DNA from: Gammaproteobacteria bacterium
GTDB taxonomy: Bacteria > Pseudomonadota > Gammaproteobacteria > Eutrophobiales > Eutrophobiaceae
Direction: 5' to 3'
Length of the DNA: 64,000 nt
Assembly (NCBI GenBank): GCA_965261165.1
Contig: OZ253445.1
Coordinates: 93,965 to 157,964, forward strand
Of the stretch, positions 49,660-59,785 are shown piece by piece. Numbering within the stretch: the first letter of the stretch is position 1; each line of letters starts with the position of its first letter. The translations under genes and the position numbers were made by a program. The notes below the pieces were generated by a model that ran no database searches, was not told where the DNA came from, and worked only from the letters and a program-made list of their open reading frames with translations.

Positions 49660-51543
49660 ATGTCCATTATAGGAGAAAATAATGAGAGGCAGGTAGATTC
49701 AGCCGGGTCTGTTGCAGGATCATTCGATTCTACTGCCTTCTTGGAAGGACTGACGGGTAAACCTGGGGTTTATCGTATGTTAAATGACTCGGGCAAGGTC
49801 ATTTATGTGGGTAAGGCCAGGAATCTAAAAAAGCGGGTTTCCAGTTATTTCACACTCGCGGACAATTCCCCGAAGACGCGCGTCATGGTTGCACAAATCA
49901 GAGGAATTGAAGTTACGGTCACTCACACCGAGAAAGAAGCCCTGATCCTGGAAAATAACCAAATTAAGGCCCTGCGACCTCGTTATAATGTCTGGTTCAA
50001 AGATGACAAGAGTTATCCCTATATCTATCTCTCCGCCGAGCATGATTTCCCGGGGCTGAGCTACCATCGTGGTGCAAAAAGCAAAAAAGGACGTTATTTT
50101 GGACCATACCCCAATGCAGGAGCCGTACGTAATACACTGAATTTAATGAAAAAACTCTTTATGATACGACAATGCAAAGACAGTTTTTTCGCAAATCGAA
50201 CACGTCCCTGTCTGGAATATCAAATTAAACGCTGCTCAGCGCCCTGCACAGGATTCATTAGCCAAGAAGATTATCAAAAGGATATCGAGCATAGTATCGT
50301 GTTTCTGCAGGGCAAAAATAAACAGGTCATTGATAGTCTGGCCACGCCCATGCAGGAGGCCTCGAATGCGCTCGAATATGAACGCGCTGCACATTATCGT
50401 GACCAGATTAGAAATCTCAGGAAACTACAGGAAAATCAATATATTACTTCTGAAAAAGGCAATATTGATGTTATTGCCTGTGAGTGCAAAGGAGGTCTCG
50501 TCTGCGTTTGGGCATTCTTTATCAGGAATGGCTTGAATCAGGGCAGTAAAGCTTACTTTCCTAAGCATCCAAGTAATGCTACGTCTGAATCGATACTGGA
50601 AGCCTTTTTAGCCCAGTTTTATCTGAAAGATCGTGCAATAACAGGCTTTCCTAAAGAAATACTACTTAGTCATGAACCTGAAAATAATAAACTTCTACAA
50701 GAGGTTATATCGAGTTGTGCGAAGCGGCGGGTCAAAGTAAAATGCCATTGTCGAGGCGACAGAGCCAAATGGATGAAGATGGCTTCAGAAAATGCAGAAA
50801 TTTCTCTCACTCAACACCTTGCAAACAAAGAAAGTCGGCAACGACGCACGGAAAAGTTGGCTCAGTTCTTAAATCTTGAAATACCCGTTCAAAGAATGGA
50901 ATGTTTTGATATTAGCCATACAGGTGGCGAGGCGACCGTGGCATCCTGTGTGGTGTTTGATGCTGAAGGCCCGCTAAGCACCGATTATCGTAAATTCAAT
51001 ATCACCAACATCACCCCTGGAGATGATTATGCTGCAATGGAGCAAGCCATCACACGAAGATATACGCGTGTAAAGAAAGAAGATGGCAAGATTCCAGATA
51101 TTATTTTTGTCGATGGCGGCAAAGGGCAGGTGGGTAAGGCACAAAATATTCTGGAGGAGTTACAGCTAAACGAACCTATATTGATTGGTGTTGCCAAAGG
51201 ACCTTCTCGTAAAGCAGGCCTAGAGACATTGATTCTTGAGCGAGATGATAAACAAATACATCTACCTCATGATTCACCAGCTTTACATCTAATACAGCAC
51301 ATCCGAGATGAATCTCATCGATTTGCCATTACCGGTCATCGACAACGACGCAAAAAGGCGCGTAATCAATCACCATTGGAAAATATTAATGGAGTGGGAC
51401 AGAAGCGTCGGCAAAATTTATTGCGCCACTTCGGCGGTTTACAGGGCATTACCTCTGCCGGTGTAGAAGACCTTGCCAAGGTCAACGGAATCAATAAGAA
51501 TCTAGCGCAGAAAGTATATGACACCTTTCACGAGAAACTATGA
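49660..51543 (+). CDS. uvrC: Excinuclease ABC subunit C
   Basis: PGVY, YVGKA, DDKSYPY, ECFDISH, DGGKGQ and RDESHRFA motifs. Confidence 0.98.
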   Translation: MSIIGENNERQVDSAGSVAGSFDSTAFLEGLTGKPGVYRMLNDSGKVIYVGKARNLKKRVSSYFTLADNSPKTRVMVAQIRGIEVTVTHTEKEALILENNQIKALRPRYNVWFKDDKSYPYIYLSAEHDFPGLSYHRGAKSKKGRYFGPYPNAGAVRNTLNLMKKLFMIRQCKDSFFANRTRPCLEYQIKRCSAPCTGFISQEDYQKDIEHSIVFLQGKNKQVIDSLATPMQEASNALEYERAAHYRDQIRNLRKLQENQYITSEKGNIDVIACECKGGLVCVWAFFIRNGLNQGSKAYFPKHPSNATSESILEAFLAQFYLKDRAITGFPKEILLSHEPENNKLLQEVISSCAKRRVKVKCHCRGDRAKWMKMASENAEISLTQHLANKESRQRRTEKLAQFLNLEIPVQRMECFDISHTGGEATVASCVVFDAEGPLSTDYRKFNITNITPGDDYAAMEQAITRRYTRVKKEDGKIPDIIFVDGGKGQVGKAQNILEELQLNEPILIGVAKGPSRKAGLETLILERDDKQIHLPHDSPALHLIQHIRDESHRFAITGHRQRRKKARNQSPLENINGVGQKRRQNLLRHFGGLQGITSAGVEDLAKVNGINKNLAQKVYDTFHEKL

Positions 51544-52091
51544 ATTTACCTAATTTACTAACGCTTAGCAGGATAGTTTTGATCCCAATTTTTGTGATCT
51601 TTTTCTATCTCCCCGTTAGTTGGCATTACTTAGCAGCTTGTATAGTTTTCATACTTGCGGCGATTACAGACGGTCTGGATGGTTATTACGCACGTAAGCT
51701 TGGACAAACATCTGCATTGGGGACATTTCTTGATCCGGTTGCCGATAAACTTATGGTTGCTGTGGTGCTAGTTCTTTTAGTCGAGAATGAGCCTTCAGTT
51801 TGGTTGGCGCTACCAGCGGCAGTCATCATCGGCCGCGAAATAACAATCTCTGCCTTACGCGAATGGATGGCGGAGCTTGGTGAAAGCAGCAAAGTCGCCG
51901 TCTCAGGCTATGGAAAATTAAAGACTATCTGTCAAATGGTGGCACTGGGCTTTTTAATTTTTCACGATACTTTATTCGGGATTCCAATTTATACCATCGG
52001 CATGGTTCTGCTCTATATTGCTTCTATACTGACCCTATGGTCGATGTTTCTTTATCTGCAAGTCGCCTGGCCGGAGCTAAAAGATAGCTAA
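51540..52091 (+). CDS. pgsA: CDP-diacylglycerol-glycerol-3-phosphate 3-phosphatidyltransferase
   Basis: NLPNLLT, TDGLDGYYAR, FLDPVADK and LREWMA motifs. Confidence 0.96.
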   Translation: MNLPNLLTLSRIVLIPIFVIFFYLPVSWHYLAACIVFILAAITDGLDGYYARKLGQTSALGTFLDPVADKLMVAVVLVLLVENEPSVWLALPAAVIIGREITISALREWMAELGESSKVAVSGYGKLKTICQMVALGFLIFHDTLFGIPIYTIGMVLLYIASILTLWSMFLYLQVAWPELKDS

Positions 52092-52142
52092 TTTCATATG
52101 AAATTAATTAAATGCAAAATGCACTGCAATTTCCGAAGTTCC

Positions 52143-52170
52143 TTGACAGGCGATAGCCCGTAGCTAAAAT
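52143..52170 (+). promoter_or_regulatory. Sigma70 promoter of the tRNA operon
   Basis: TTGACA-N16-TAAAAT with a GC-rich discriminator. Confidence 0.75.
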
Positions 52171-52182
52171 GTGCGCTCTTTT

Positions 52183-52257
52183 GCGGGAATAGCTCAGTGG
52201 TAGAGCACAACCTTGCCAAGGTTGGGGTCGCGAGTTCGAATCTCGTTTCCCGCTCCA
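52183..52257 (+). tRNA. tRNA-Gly(GCC)
   Basis: Cloverleaf; anticodon loop TTGCCAA; GTTCGAA; encoded CCA. Confidence 0.97.
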
Positions 52258-52293
52258 AAATTTTTATTGTAAGTAAGATTCGTCACTAGAATT

Positions 52294-52367
52294 GGCTGAG
52301 TGGCAGAGTGGTTATGCAGCGGCCTGCAAAGCCGTGGACGCCGGTTCGATTCCGACCTCAGCCTCCA
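52294..52367 (+). tRNA. tRNA-Cys(GCA)
   Basis: Anticodon loop CTGCAAA; GTTCGAT; CCA. Confidence 0.97.
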
Positions 52368-52383
52368 AACATTTTATCTAATT

Positions 52384-52469
52384 GCCCGGGTGGCGGAATT
52401 GGTAGACGCAAGGGACTTAAAATCCCTCGATCTTTGATCGTGCCGGTTCGATTCCGGCCTCGGGCACCA
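52384..52469 (+). tRNA. tRNA-Leu(TAA)
   Basis: Anticodon loop CTTAAAA; long variable arm; CCA. Confidence 0.97.
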
Positions 52470-52749
52470 TAGTGGGGCCATTGCAAGGATACATGGAGCT
52501 CTGATTATGTAACCAGAGTGATTAAGTGCCTAGAAGACAATAACCTTTGATGAAATCACACCTAAATAAGTTATAGCTATCGTCCATGAGATTGGAGCGC
52601 GAGGTGCCTTGGATGTGGTCAATCGGGTTAAATAGGCTGTCAGGGCAGTTTCTCATTTTGCCATACAGTGCATGGCGACAAGAAACGTTATTTAACATAA
52701 TATACATTATGCGCATATTTAAATCAAAAAAATTAATCAACGCGCCCTT

Positions 52750-52853
52750 AGCATTTTTTCAGCATTCTGACTGATAGTGCTGATCATTTCTTCCAAGCTG
52801 TAAACCTGTTCTTGAGTACGTTGACTCAGATTGGCTATGCCAACGCCAACGCC
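52750..52853 (-). pseudogene. Methyl-accepting chemotaxis protein fragment
   Basis: GIANLSQRTQEQVYSLEEMISTISQNAE resembles the MCP LSQRTEEQA.SLEE...QNA segment with an internal deletion. Confidence 0.6.
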
Positions 52854-52882
52854 AGCTTATTTCTAATCCCTTTTTTTAGCTC

Positions 52883-54271
52883 CTATTCTTGATTAATCGA
52901 TTTCTGTAGCATTTTTTCGCCAAGAGCTTCAGCATTATTCTCATCAGACTCAAGTGTTTCTTTAGTCTTCTTTGCCAAAACAAACTTGCTTTCTTCTAAG
53001 GCGCGGAGGTGTTCCAGTTCGCTTAAAGTATATTGTTCCCACTTTCTCGCATCGCTAAAACTCTTCTTCGATTGTTTGGCCTGCCTGAAGGCTTGTAACG
53101 CCCCTTCATATTTTTTGATATTGAACAAGGCCATGCCCATCAATAACTGATTACTGTCTTTACGTCTCAAGCCACCTTTTTTGTCTGCCAGTCTTGCGGC
53201 CTCAGCAGCTTCTACAAAATTCCCTGCATCAAAGTGCACCCCCGCAAGTCTCGCATAGAGCAAGCCTTTATTTGACAACTGGGCGGCTTTTCTTAAAGCC
53301 GGAATCGCTTTTTTGTGCTCATTTGCTTGTGCCCAGGCATTGGCTAAAGTCTCCACATTTTTAGGAGAACCTTCGACCAATCCTTCCTGCATACCTGTTT
53401 CTATAATCTTCCCGGCCTTATAAGGTATCTCCTGCCCCAGATACATATAGGCTAGATTGAGCACTTCTGATTCTTTCTGTAACGCACCATGCAAATAAAT
53501 TGCATCGTAAGTCGTCAGGCGTTTTCGTTCATTCCCCAGTTCGCCATGTAATCCTGCGATTTGTCTTAGATAGATAAGGTTTGGATAATGATGAAGTAAT
53601 GTTTCATAGGTTTTTAAAGTATTTTTAATATCTTTCTTTTCAAAATAAATGGCGGCCTGCATGCGTAACCAGTTTTCCTTAATCTTCTTGCCTTCGGTTT
53701 TTTCAATGCCGATAGCCTTCAATAGATTTCTCAGGGAAGGGTCAAAGTTTTTTAATTGGTAATAGGCTTGAGCCAGCATGATATAAGCTGTACCCGTCGG
53801 CTTGGAAACCTCTAGCAGCCACTTCTCCATAAAACTAATGACGGATGGGTAGTCTTCCAGATGGAAGTAGAGTTGTGCCATGGTGTATTTGGCGGTGAGC
53901 TTTAAACCTTCTGAGGCATCAGGTTCTGCGATGATTTTTTTATAGGCACCGATGGCATTTTTGTATTGCTCTTGGCTGGCATAGATGAAAGCATAAAAAT
54001 TCCACATCTGGCTCTTGGCATAGCTATTTAATTTATCGCTATGCTTAATGGTATCTAACGTTCGTATCGCTTCATCATATTGATCTGCTTCGGTCAGTTC
54101 CTGTGCCTTGGTCAGTACCTCAAAGGTTTTTGCATCAATCGCTCCTGTGGCCTTCGCATCGTCTTTTATTGCATAAGCAAGTGGTGGCAGCGGCAGCAGG
54201 ATGCTCAGGATCAAAACGGCTGCGAATGCCTGGAAATAACTTCTATCGTTTGGCTTCAAAGAAGTTTTCAA
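52883..54271 (-). CDS. TPR protein (TtpD-like) of the TonB system
   Basis: Signal peptide and multiple TPR helices; last gene of the ttp cluster. Confidence 0.8.
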   Translation of the reverse strand: MKTSLKPNDRSYFQAFAAVLILSILLPLPPLAYAIKDDAKATGAIDAKTFEVLTKAQELTEADQYDEAIRTLDTIKHSDKLNSYAKSQMWNFYAFIYASQEQYKNAIGAYKKIIAEPDASEGLKLTAKYTMAQLYFHLEDYPSVISFMEKWLLEVSKPTGTAYIMLAQAYYQLKNFDPSLRNLLKAIGIEKTEGKKIKENWLRMQAAIYFEKKDIKNTLKTYETLLHHYPNLIYLRQIAGLHGELGNERKRLTTYDAIYLHGALQKESEVLNLAYMYLGQEIPYKAGKIIETGMQEGLVEGSPKNVETLANAWAQANEHKKAIPALRKAAQLSNKGLLYARLAGVHFDAGNFVEAAEAARLADKKGGLRRKDSNQLLMGMALFNIKKYEGALQAFRQAKQSKKSFSDARKWEQYTLSELEHLRALEESKFVLAKKTKETLESDENNAEALGEKMLQKSINQE

Positions 54272-54274
54272 CAG

Positions 54275-54895
54275 CTATTCCTCCACTTTGAAGGTAATCT
54301 TGGTGCGTACACCTCTCACTTCAATGGGCACACCGTTAACCACACGAGGTTTATATTTATAACGTAATGCAGACTTAATTGCTGTCTTATCAAAGGTCCT
54401 TTGCGGTTTTGCTTCGATTACCACCGGATCTTTTACCGTGCCTTGCTTGGTCACGGTGTATTCCACAACCACGTAACCTTCGATACCACGGCTGAGCGCA
54501 CGTCTTGGATATTGTGGCGCCACTTTAACAATGGGCAAGTATTCTCCATCGGTGACCTGTAGGCCTGCTCCAATATTCAGATCCAGTTTCGCCTGGATCC
54601 TGCCCGGTGCAGCAACCTGATCGACCGCTGCATTGCCATCAATTTGGTCAAAATCCTGCTCTGGAATTTCTGGTGGTGGCGTTTCATCGACTTCTGGTTT
54701 TTCCGGCTTTTCTACTAAGCGCTGTATCTCGATTTCCACTTCTGGCATGTAAATGTCCGGTAATTTGATTCGCTTTTCTTTATTCAGATTTTTATCCGCA
54801 AACTCAATTAAACTCACCATCAGTACCAGTAATAGCAAAGTAACGATGGCTGCTTGCGGAATGACAAACAGGGTTCTTGTCAGGGTTCTCATCAT
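54275..54895 (-). CDS. tonB: Energy transducer TonB
   Basis: TM helix, Pro-rich linker, PQYPRRALSRGIEGYV, KYKPR. Confidence 0.92.
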   Translation of the reverse strand: MMRTLTRTLFVIPQAAIVTLLLLVLMVSLIEFADKNLNKEKRIKLPDIYMPEVEIEIQRLVEKPEKPEVDETPPPEIPEQDFDQIDGNAAVDQVAAPGRIQAKLDLNIGAGLQVTDGEYLPIVKVAPQYPRRALSRGIEGYVVVEYTVTKQGTVKDPVVIEAKPQRTFDKTAIKSALRYKYKPRVVNGVPIEVRGVRTKITFKVEE

Positions 54896-54928
54896 GTCTT
54901 CATTGCTAACCTGAGCTGTCTTTTCAGT

Positions 54929-55348
54929 TTAGTTGGACTGTTTTGTAGCCAGAGAGATTTTTTCATGCGCAACCACTTCGCGGGCTGCATCCAGTACTGC
55001 GGTAAAAGTTTTAACCGATGCCAACTCATCGGCCTGAATCACAACCCCTCCCTGAGGGTTCTCGGCATGTAAGCGTTCGATATTGGCGCGCACTGACCGG
55101 ACATCAACACGCCGTTTATCGATCCAGATGCTGTTATCTGCATTGATGGCCACCAATACCGTAGTGTTATCTTTTTGATCGGAGGTGTTGGCATCTGGCC
55201 GATTGATCTCAACCCCTGCTTCCTTGATGAAGGTAGCTGTGACAATAAAGAAGATCAACATAATAAACACCACATCCAACATCGGCGTTAAATCAACGGC
55301 ACCTTCGTCTTCAACTGTTGCATCTGAACTAAAATTTTGTCTTCTCAT
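54929..55348 (-). CDS. exbD: ExbD/TolR family protein
   Basis: DLTPMLDVVFIMLIFFIVT motif. Confidence 0.93.
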   Translation of the reverse strand: MRRQNFSSDATVEDEGAVDLTPMLDVVFIMLIFFIVTATFIKEAGVEINRPDANTSDQKDNTTVLVAINADNSIWIDKRRVDVRSVRANIERLHAENPQGGVVIQADELASVKTFTAVLDAAREVVAHEKISLATKQSN

Positions 55349-55351
55349 ATC

Positions 55352-55882
55352 TTAATAATCCATAGTTAAATGTTCTTCAATAAGTTTGCATTCACGCGTG
55401 GCTTTTTGGGTAATGTAGATATTGGCAAACACGCCGGATAAGGCAGCCACCATGCCTGCCATCGTCGGGACTGTGGCGCGGGAGACACCACCAGCCATGG
55501 ATTTGGCATCACCTCCTCCGGTAATTGATAGAATCGTGAACACCTCGATCATACCGGTCACGGTACCGAGCAAGCCAAATAAGGGACAGATGGCGATCAT
55601 TGTCTTGATGAGCGCAAGATTCTGTTCAATCTTGAGACGCGTTTCGGAAATAAGCTTGTCACGTATCGCATGTGCGGCCCAGGATTTGCGTTCCGGACGT
55701 GCTTCCCACACAGCCATTACTTGCTTTGCATCTTGCTGATACCCCGCGAAATAATACCAGAAACGTTCCAGCATCAGTACCCACATAAAGAAAGTGAGTA
55801 CTACGATTAAATAGAGTACCGGCCCACCGGAATTAAAAAAATTGTTAATTGCCTCCAGCGCGTCTAGTAAAAACAAGAGCAT
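55352..55882 (-). CDS. exbB: MotA/TolQ/ExbB proton channel
   Basis: PLFGLLGTVTGMI and MAGGVS.AT.PT motifs. Confidence 0.9.
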   Translation of the reverse strand: MLLFLLDALEAINNFFNSGGPVLYLIVVLTFFMWVLMLERFWYYFAGYQQDAKQVMAVWEARPERKSWAAHAIRDKLISETRLKIEQNLALIKTMIAICPLFGLLGTVTGMIEVFTILSITGGGDAKSMAGGVSRATVPTMAGMVAALSGVFANIYITQKATRECKLIEEHLTMDY

Positions 55883-55916
55883 AATGAAATGAACCTTCTA
55901 TCGCTTACCGGCTGGT

Positions 55917-57338
55917 TTAAGCGCCTGAACGCTCAGCAACAATCCCTACGCTTTGCTCTTCCAGGATGTGCAATAATTTCTTCGCCTTACCATTTAACAA
56001 CGTGTGTAATAACAAGGTCGGTATGGCAACCATCAATCCCAACACGGTGGTTACCAGCGCACTGGATATACCTCCGGCCATGGCCTTGAGATCACCTGCC
56101 CCATAAATGGTAATGGCCTGAAACACGATGATCATACCGGTCACGGTTCCCAATAAGCCCAGTAGTGGTGCGACCATGGCAATAATCTTGAGTAACGATA
56201 AACCTGATTGGATCTTCGGACTTTCCTTCAAGATCGCCTCGCCCATCTTTAATTCTAGACTTTCAGTATCCGAGCCTTGATTGTCTTTAGCCACCTTGAG
56301 GATCCGTCCCAGTGGGTTACTCGTAGTTAATTCTTTGTGCTTGAGTTGACTGTTGATTTTACGGGAAGTTGAGGTCAGGACGATAAAACGCCATAGGGCA
56401 ACGAACAAGGCAAAAATACCCACACAGGTAATGATATAGCCCACCTGACGACCTTGTTGCCAACGCTCTTTCAGGGTCGGTGTATTAATAATCGCCTTTA
56501 AAAAGCCCCCGCCGGATGCCCCAGTGGGGTCAATGCCAGTCGGGGTTATGCCCGAGGAGGAGATCTGCAAAGACTTGGCGTAAGGAGAGAGGCCGGTTGG
56601 TTGCCGAGGGAGTACAGAGACGCTGCGGGTATCGACATCATAAGACAGATAGTCACCCTTTGAGACCAGATTAAAGAGGCCGATACGAACGATTTCTTGT
56701 TGTTTTTCTGTGCCAACACTTGTTTTGTATTTTACGATGCGTCCAGACTCGGTCATCTCTCGGTGTAATTCATACCAAACCTGTTCGATTTCTTCTATCG
56801 TCGGTAGATCGGTATCGCTGTTCATTTTTTTAATCAGTTTACTTAAAAAAGCTTCCCTGTCCGAAAACTGGCTGGCGGTAATGGAGTTACGAAAGCGACT
56901 CCACATATCGCCCGCTGCCCCAGTCAGATGTCCAAACAATTCTTTCAGTGAACCCAATCGTTCATTACGTTGCCGCCGCTTCTCTTCGACCAGCAGTTCA
57001 TTGGCATTAAAACGCTCTTCTAGGGCAGCACTCTTTGCCTCCAAGGTCTGTATGTCTGCCTGCGCTTGCCTGATACGTGCTTCTTGTTGCGCTTTTTCCG
57101 CAATAAATACCTGTTCACGTTTTTTATTGTCGGCGGCATCCTGGCTGCGCCCTGCTTTGACCTGCTGCAACAATTTATCCATGGATAAGGGTTTATCTGC
57201 CGCCTGGCTGGCAACAGGTAGATTTAATGCAATCAATAATAGCGGGAGTAATGCGGAGAATGAAATACGTTTTGTATGTCGGGAGGTTTTCCCTTGTGTT
57301 GTTTTCCCTTGCGTTGTTTTCCCTTGTGTTGTTTTCAT
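55917..57338 (-). CDS. TtpC-like long MotA/TolQ/ExbB protein
   Basis: Signal peptide, coiled coil, C-terminal PLLGLLGTVTGMI and MAGGIS.ALVTT. Confidence 0.87.
   Translation of the reverse strand: MKTTQGKTTQGKTTQGKTSRHTKRISFSALLPLLLIALNLPVASQAADKPLSMDKLLQQVKAGRSQDAADNKKREQVFIAEKAQQEARIRQAQADIQTLEAKSAALEERFNANELLVEEKRRQRNERLGSLKELFGHLTGAAGDMWSRFRNSITASQFSDREAFLSKLIKKMNSDTDLPTIEEIEQVWYELHREMTESGRIVKYKTSVGTEKQQEIVRIGLFNLVSKGDYLSYDVDTRSVSVLPRQPTGLSPYAKSLQISSSGITPTGIDPTGASGGGFLKAIINTPTLKERWQQGRQVGYIITCVGIFALFVALWRFIVLTSTSRKINSQLKHKELTTSNPLGRILKVAKDNQGSDTESLELKMGEAILKESPKIQSGLSLLKIIAMVAPLLGLLGTVTGMIIVFQAITIYGAGDLKAMAGGISSALVTTVLGLMVAIPTLLLHTLLNGKAKKLLHILEEQSVGIVAERSGA
57286..57336 (-). repeat. Coding 15-bp repeat, 3 copies (KTTQG)
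   Basis: GTTTTCCCTTG(T/C)GTT x3 on the + strand. Confidence 0.9.
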
Positions 57339-58117
57339 TGGGCGACCTCTGGTGCCGCTATAGGCAGGGTTAATATGCCGATAGAAGCTTGTTTTTTGGC
57401 CATCTTGATGCCATTACGAATGGGGTTACGGTAAGTCACGTTATCCAACACTTCCCAGATTTTCTCTTTCTTATTCCAACTGGCCGATGTCTGAGTGTCT
57501 TTGCTTTGACACACCATGGCAATGCGCCCTACTCGCAACACATCTACTTCTTGTTTAACGCCATTTAAAGAAACAATATCTTGATAACTATCTATCTTGC
57601 GTCCGTATTCATTTTCTATCTGGTAGGCTTCGATTACCTGACGAAACTTCTCTGCCACGTCAACGTCTGCGGCCACTAAACTCTCCTGAATAAACGCCAT
57701 CCGTTCCTGCCGTTCGGCTGTATTAAAGGGTAAATCTAGTTCTATAAATTGTTCCAGACTGTCTGCCATTTTCGTCACTAATGGTCCCATTTGTCGCTCG
57801 ATCAATGCCACATGGGTTATCGATTCCTCAAAACGTTTAATCAAATCTTCCTGACTCGTCACTTGGGTCGATAACTGCTCGTTATAGGTCTTCAACCCTT
57901 CAATTTGTTTCAATAATGCGCGATATTGAATCAAGCGCTCTTGCGCACCTTCTACGATTTTGTCTATTTTCTTTTGTGATTGCTCCGCTTCGACCAATTT
58001 TCTCTCTCCAACTTGTTGCGCTTCATTCAGCTTGGCAGCAAACACAAGACTTGATAGAGAGATCGAGAGCGCCCCTAAGAGCAGCGCTTCTGTAAGGTAA
58101 TTGGTTTTATTTTTCAT
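57335..58117 (-). CDS. DUF3450 (TtpB-like) protein
   Basis: DLPF...ER, EKFR.V.EAYQIE.EYG and LRVGR motifs. Confidence 0.85.
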   Translation of the reverse strand: MKNKTNYLTEALLLGALSISLSSLVFAAKLNEAQQVGERKLVEAEQSQKKIDKIVEGAQERLIQYRALLKQIEGLKTYNEQLSTQVTSQEDLIKRFEESITHVALIERQMGPLVTKMADSLEQFIELDLPFNTAERQERMAFIQESLVAADVDVAEKFRQVIEAYQIENEYGRKIDSYQDIVSLNGVKQEVDVLRVGRIAMVCQSKDTQTSASWNKKEKIWEVLDNVTYRNPIRNGIKMAKKQASIGILTLPIAAPEVAQ

Positions 58118-58299
58118 ACTTAAAAATACCTTGGTTTAATTTATATTTTCAGATATCCATTAATAGAGAGCTAGGCAATTGAGGCAATTACTACTCCTAA
58201 TAATAGGGATAAGTAACAATCAATTGAATCTAACTTCCCATCCTTGGATATTAGCTCACACAATGTTGAGGTTCACTAGCTACTGCAGGGTATCAAATA

Positions 58300-58436
58300 T
58301 TATGCGAATATCCTTTAATAATATAGATGATATTATTAAAGGTAATGGGATGTTTTTAAGCCTTGGGGAGTCTTGGTTTGATGATTATTGGATGAATTAC
58401 AACAAAATAACAATACCTGACGGAAAAGGCGGATGA
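58300..58436 (+). pseudogene. EcoRV-family restriction endonuclease C-terminal relic
   Basis: IDDIIKGNGMF..LGE.WFDDYWMNY; adjacent to an M.EcoRV homolog. Confidence 0.6.
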
Positions 58437-58440
58437 ATAA

Positions 58441-59395
58441 ATGAAAGTAAATGTCCCGCCTATAAAATCTCAAGGCATAAAAACAAAATTAGTTCCCTAG
58501 ATAAAAACTATTGTTCCTCAAGAATTTAAGGGAAAAATGGATAGAGCCTTTTATGGGTACTGGAGTTGTAGCATTTAACCTTGCACCGAAACATGCCTTA
58601 TTGTGCGATACAAACCCACATTTAGTAAATTTCTATCAAGCAATCGCAGACAAAAAAATAACTCCAGAAATAGTAAAACAATACTTAAACGAAGAAGGCG
58701 CACAACTATTAAAAAAGGGTGAGTTTCATTATTATGAATTGAGAGCAAGATTCAATGAAGAGCACCGCCCTCTGGATTTTTTATTTTTGAATAGAGCTGG
58801 TTTTAACGGAATGATTCGCTTTAATAAAAAAGGTGGGTTTAATATTCCTTTTTGCAGAAAACCAGGACGATTCGCACAGGCATATGTAACCAAAATTGTA
58901 AATCAAGTTACACATGTTAGCCGGTTATTTGAAGCGAAAGATTTTGAATTCAAATGCCAGTTATTTGATAAAACTATATCTAGCGCTAGTCCAGACGACA
59001 TTATTTATTGTGACCCTCCTTACATAGGCAGGCATGTGTAATATTTTAATGGTTGGGATGATGAGCGAGAACGCAGTCTCTTTAATGCCCTGTCTATATC
59101 TCAAAGTAAATTTATCCTGTCAACTTGGCACCATAATGATTTCCGAGAAAATGAGTATATAGATTCATTGTGGGATGAGTTTAATATTCTAACAAGGGAG
59201 CATTTTTATCATGTAGGTGGAAGTGAAAAAAATAGAAACCCCATGATTAAAGCGATAATTACAAATTACGATACAGTAATTTTTGAACACCAAGAGCACG
59301 AAACGCAGGAGCAATTAATGCGACGAAAGGAGCAAGCGTCATACGGCGTATCAAGGCACTGCACTCGGACAATTTTTCCGCTGCGCTCCGGTTGA
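58441..59395 (+). pseudogene. Dam-family adenine methyltransferase, M.EcoRV-like, inactivated
   Basis: VPPIKSQGIKTKLVP*, frameshift near 58535, [28 protein letters not shown] and EHFYHVGG motifs. Confidence 0.9.
59346..59389 (+). other. Degenerate, truncated attC-like site
   Basis: TATCAAGGCACTGCACTCGGAC...CGCTGCGCTCC resembles the left half of gammaproteobacterial attC sites (TAAC changed to TATC). Confidence 0.5.
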
Positions 59396-59419
59396 TCGAC
59401 TGGTCGTTTCGCTGCGGCT

Positions 59420-59516
59420 CAATAACAAATCGTTCGACCGGACAGATTCTTCCGGATAATACGATGAAAATCTCGATGATCCGGTGCAATTTACCTGTCA
59501 ATTCAGGTGGTTAGGC
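59420..59516 (+). other. attC-like recombination site
   Basis: R'' CAATAAC ... R' GTTAGGC; inner inverted repeats GACAG/CTGTC and CCGGA/TCCGG. Confidence 0.65.
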
Positions 59517-59518
59517 GG

Positions 59519-59568
59519 TTGACAGGCTTTATCGATATGATTATGGTAATACCATACTTGTATCGATA
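59519..59568 (+). promoter_or_regulatory. vapBC promoter with palindromic operator
   Basis: TTGACA-N17-TATGGT; TATCGATA...TATGGT-AAT-ACCATA...TATCGATA. Confidence 0.7.
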
Positions 59569-59578
59569 GAGGTAGATT

Positions 59579-59785
59579 ATGAGAGCTGTAACAGTTTCCC
59601 CAAAATTTCAGGTGGTTATTCCGAAAGATGTCAGAGAATCCATGGGAATAATTTCAGGACAAAAAGTACAAATGCTGACATATTGCAACCGTATAGAGCT
59701 AATTCCCATTAAACCAATGCGTGAAATGAAAGGCTTCTTAACGGGCATTGATACAGAAATGCCGCGGGATAAAGATCGTATATGA
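59579..59785 (+). CDS. vapB: AbrB/MazE-family antitoxin
   Basis: VSPKFQVVIPKDVR motif; overlaps the toxin gene (ATGA). Confidence 0.88.
   Translation: MRAVTVSPKFQVVIPKDVRESMGIISGQKVQMLTYCNRIELIPIKPMREMKGFLTGIDTEMPRDKDRI

Noticed and set aside
56710-57363. 217-aa + strand ORF and other short antisense ORFs in the track
   Set aside because: Shadow frames of well-supported genes on the opposite strand
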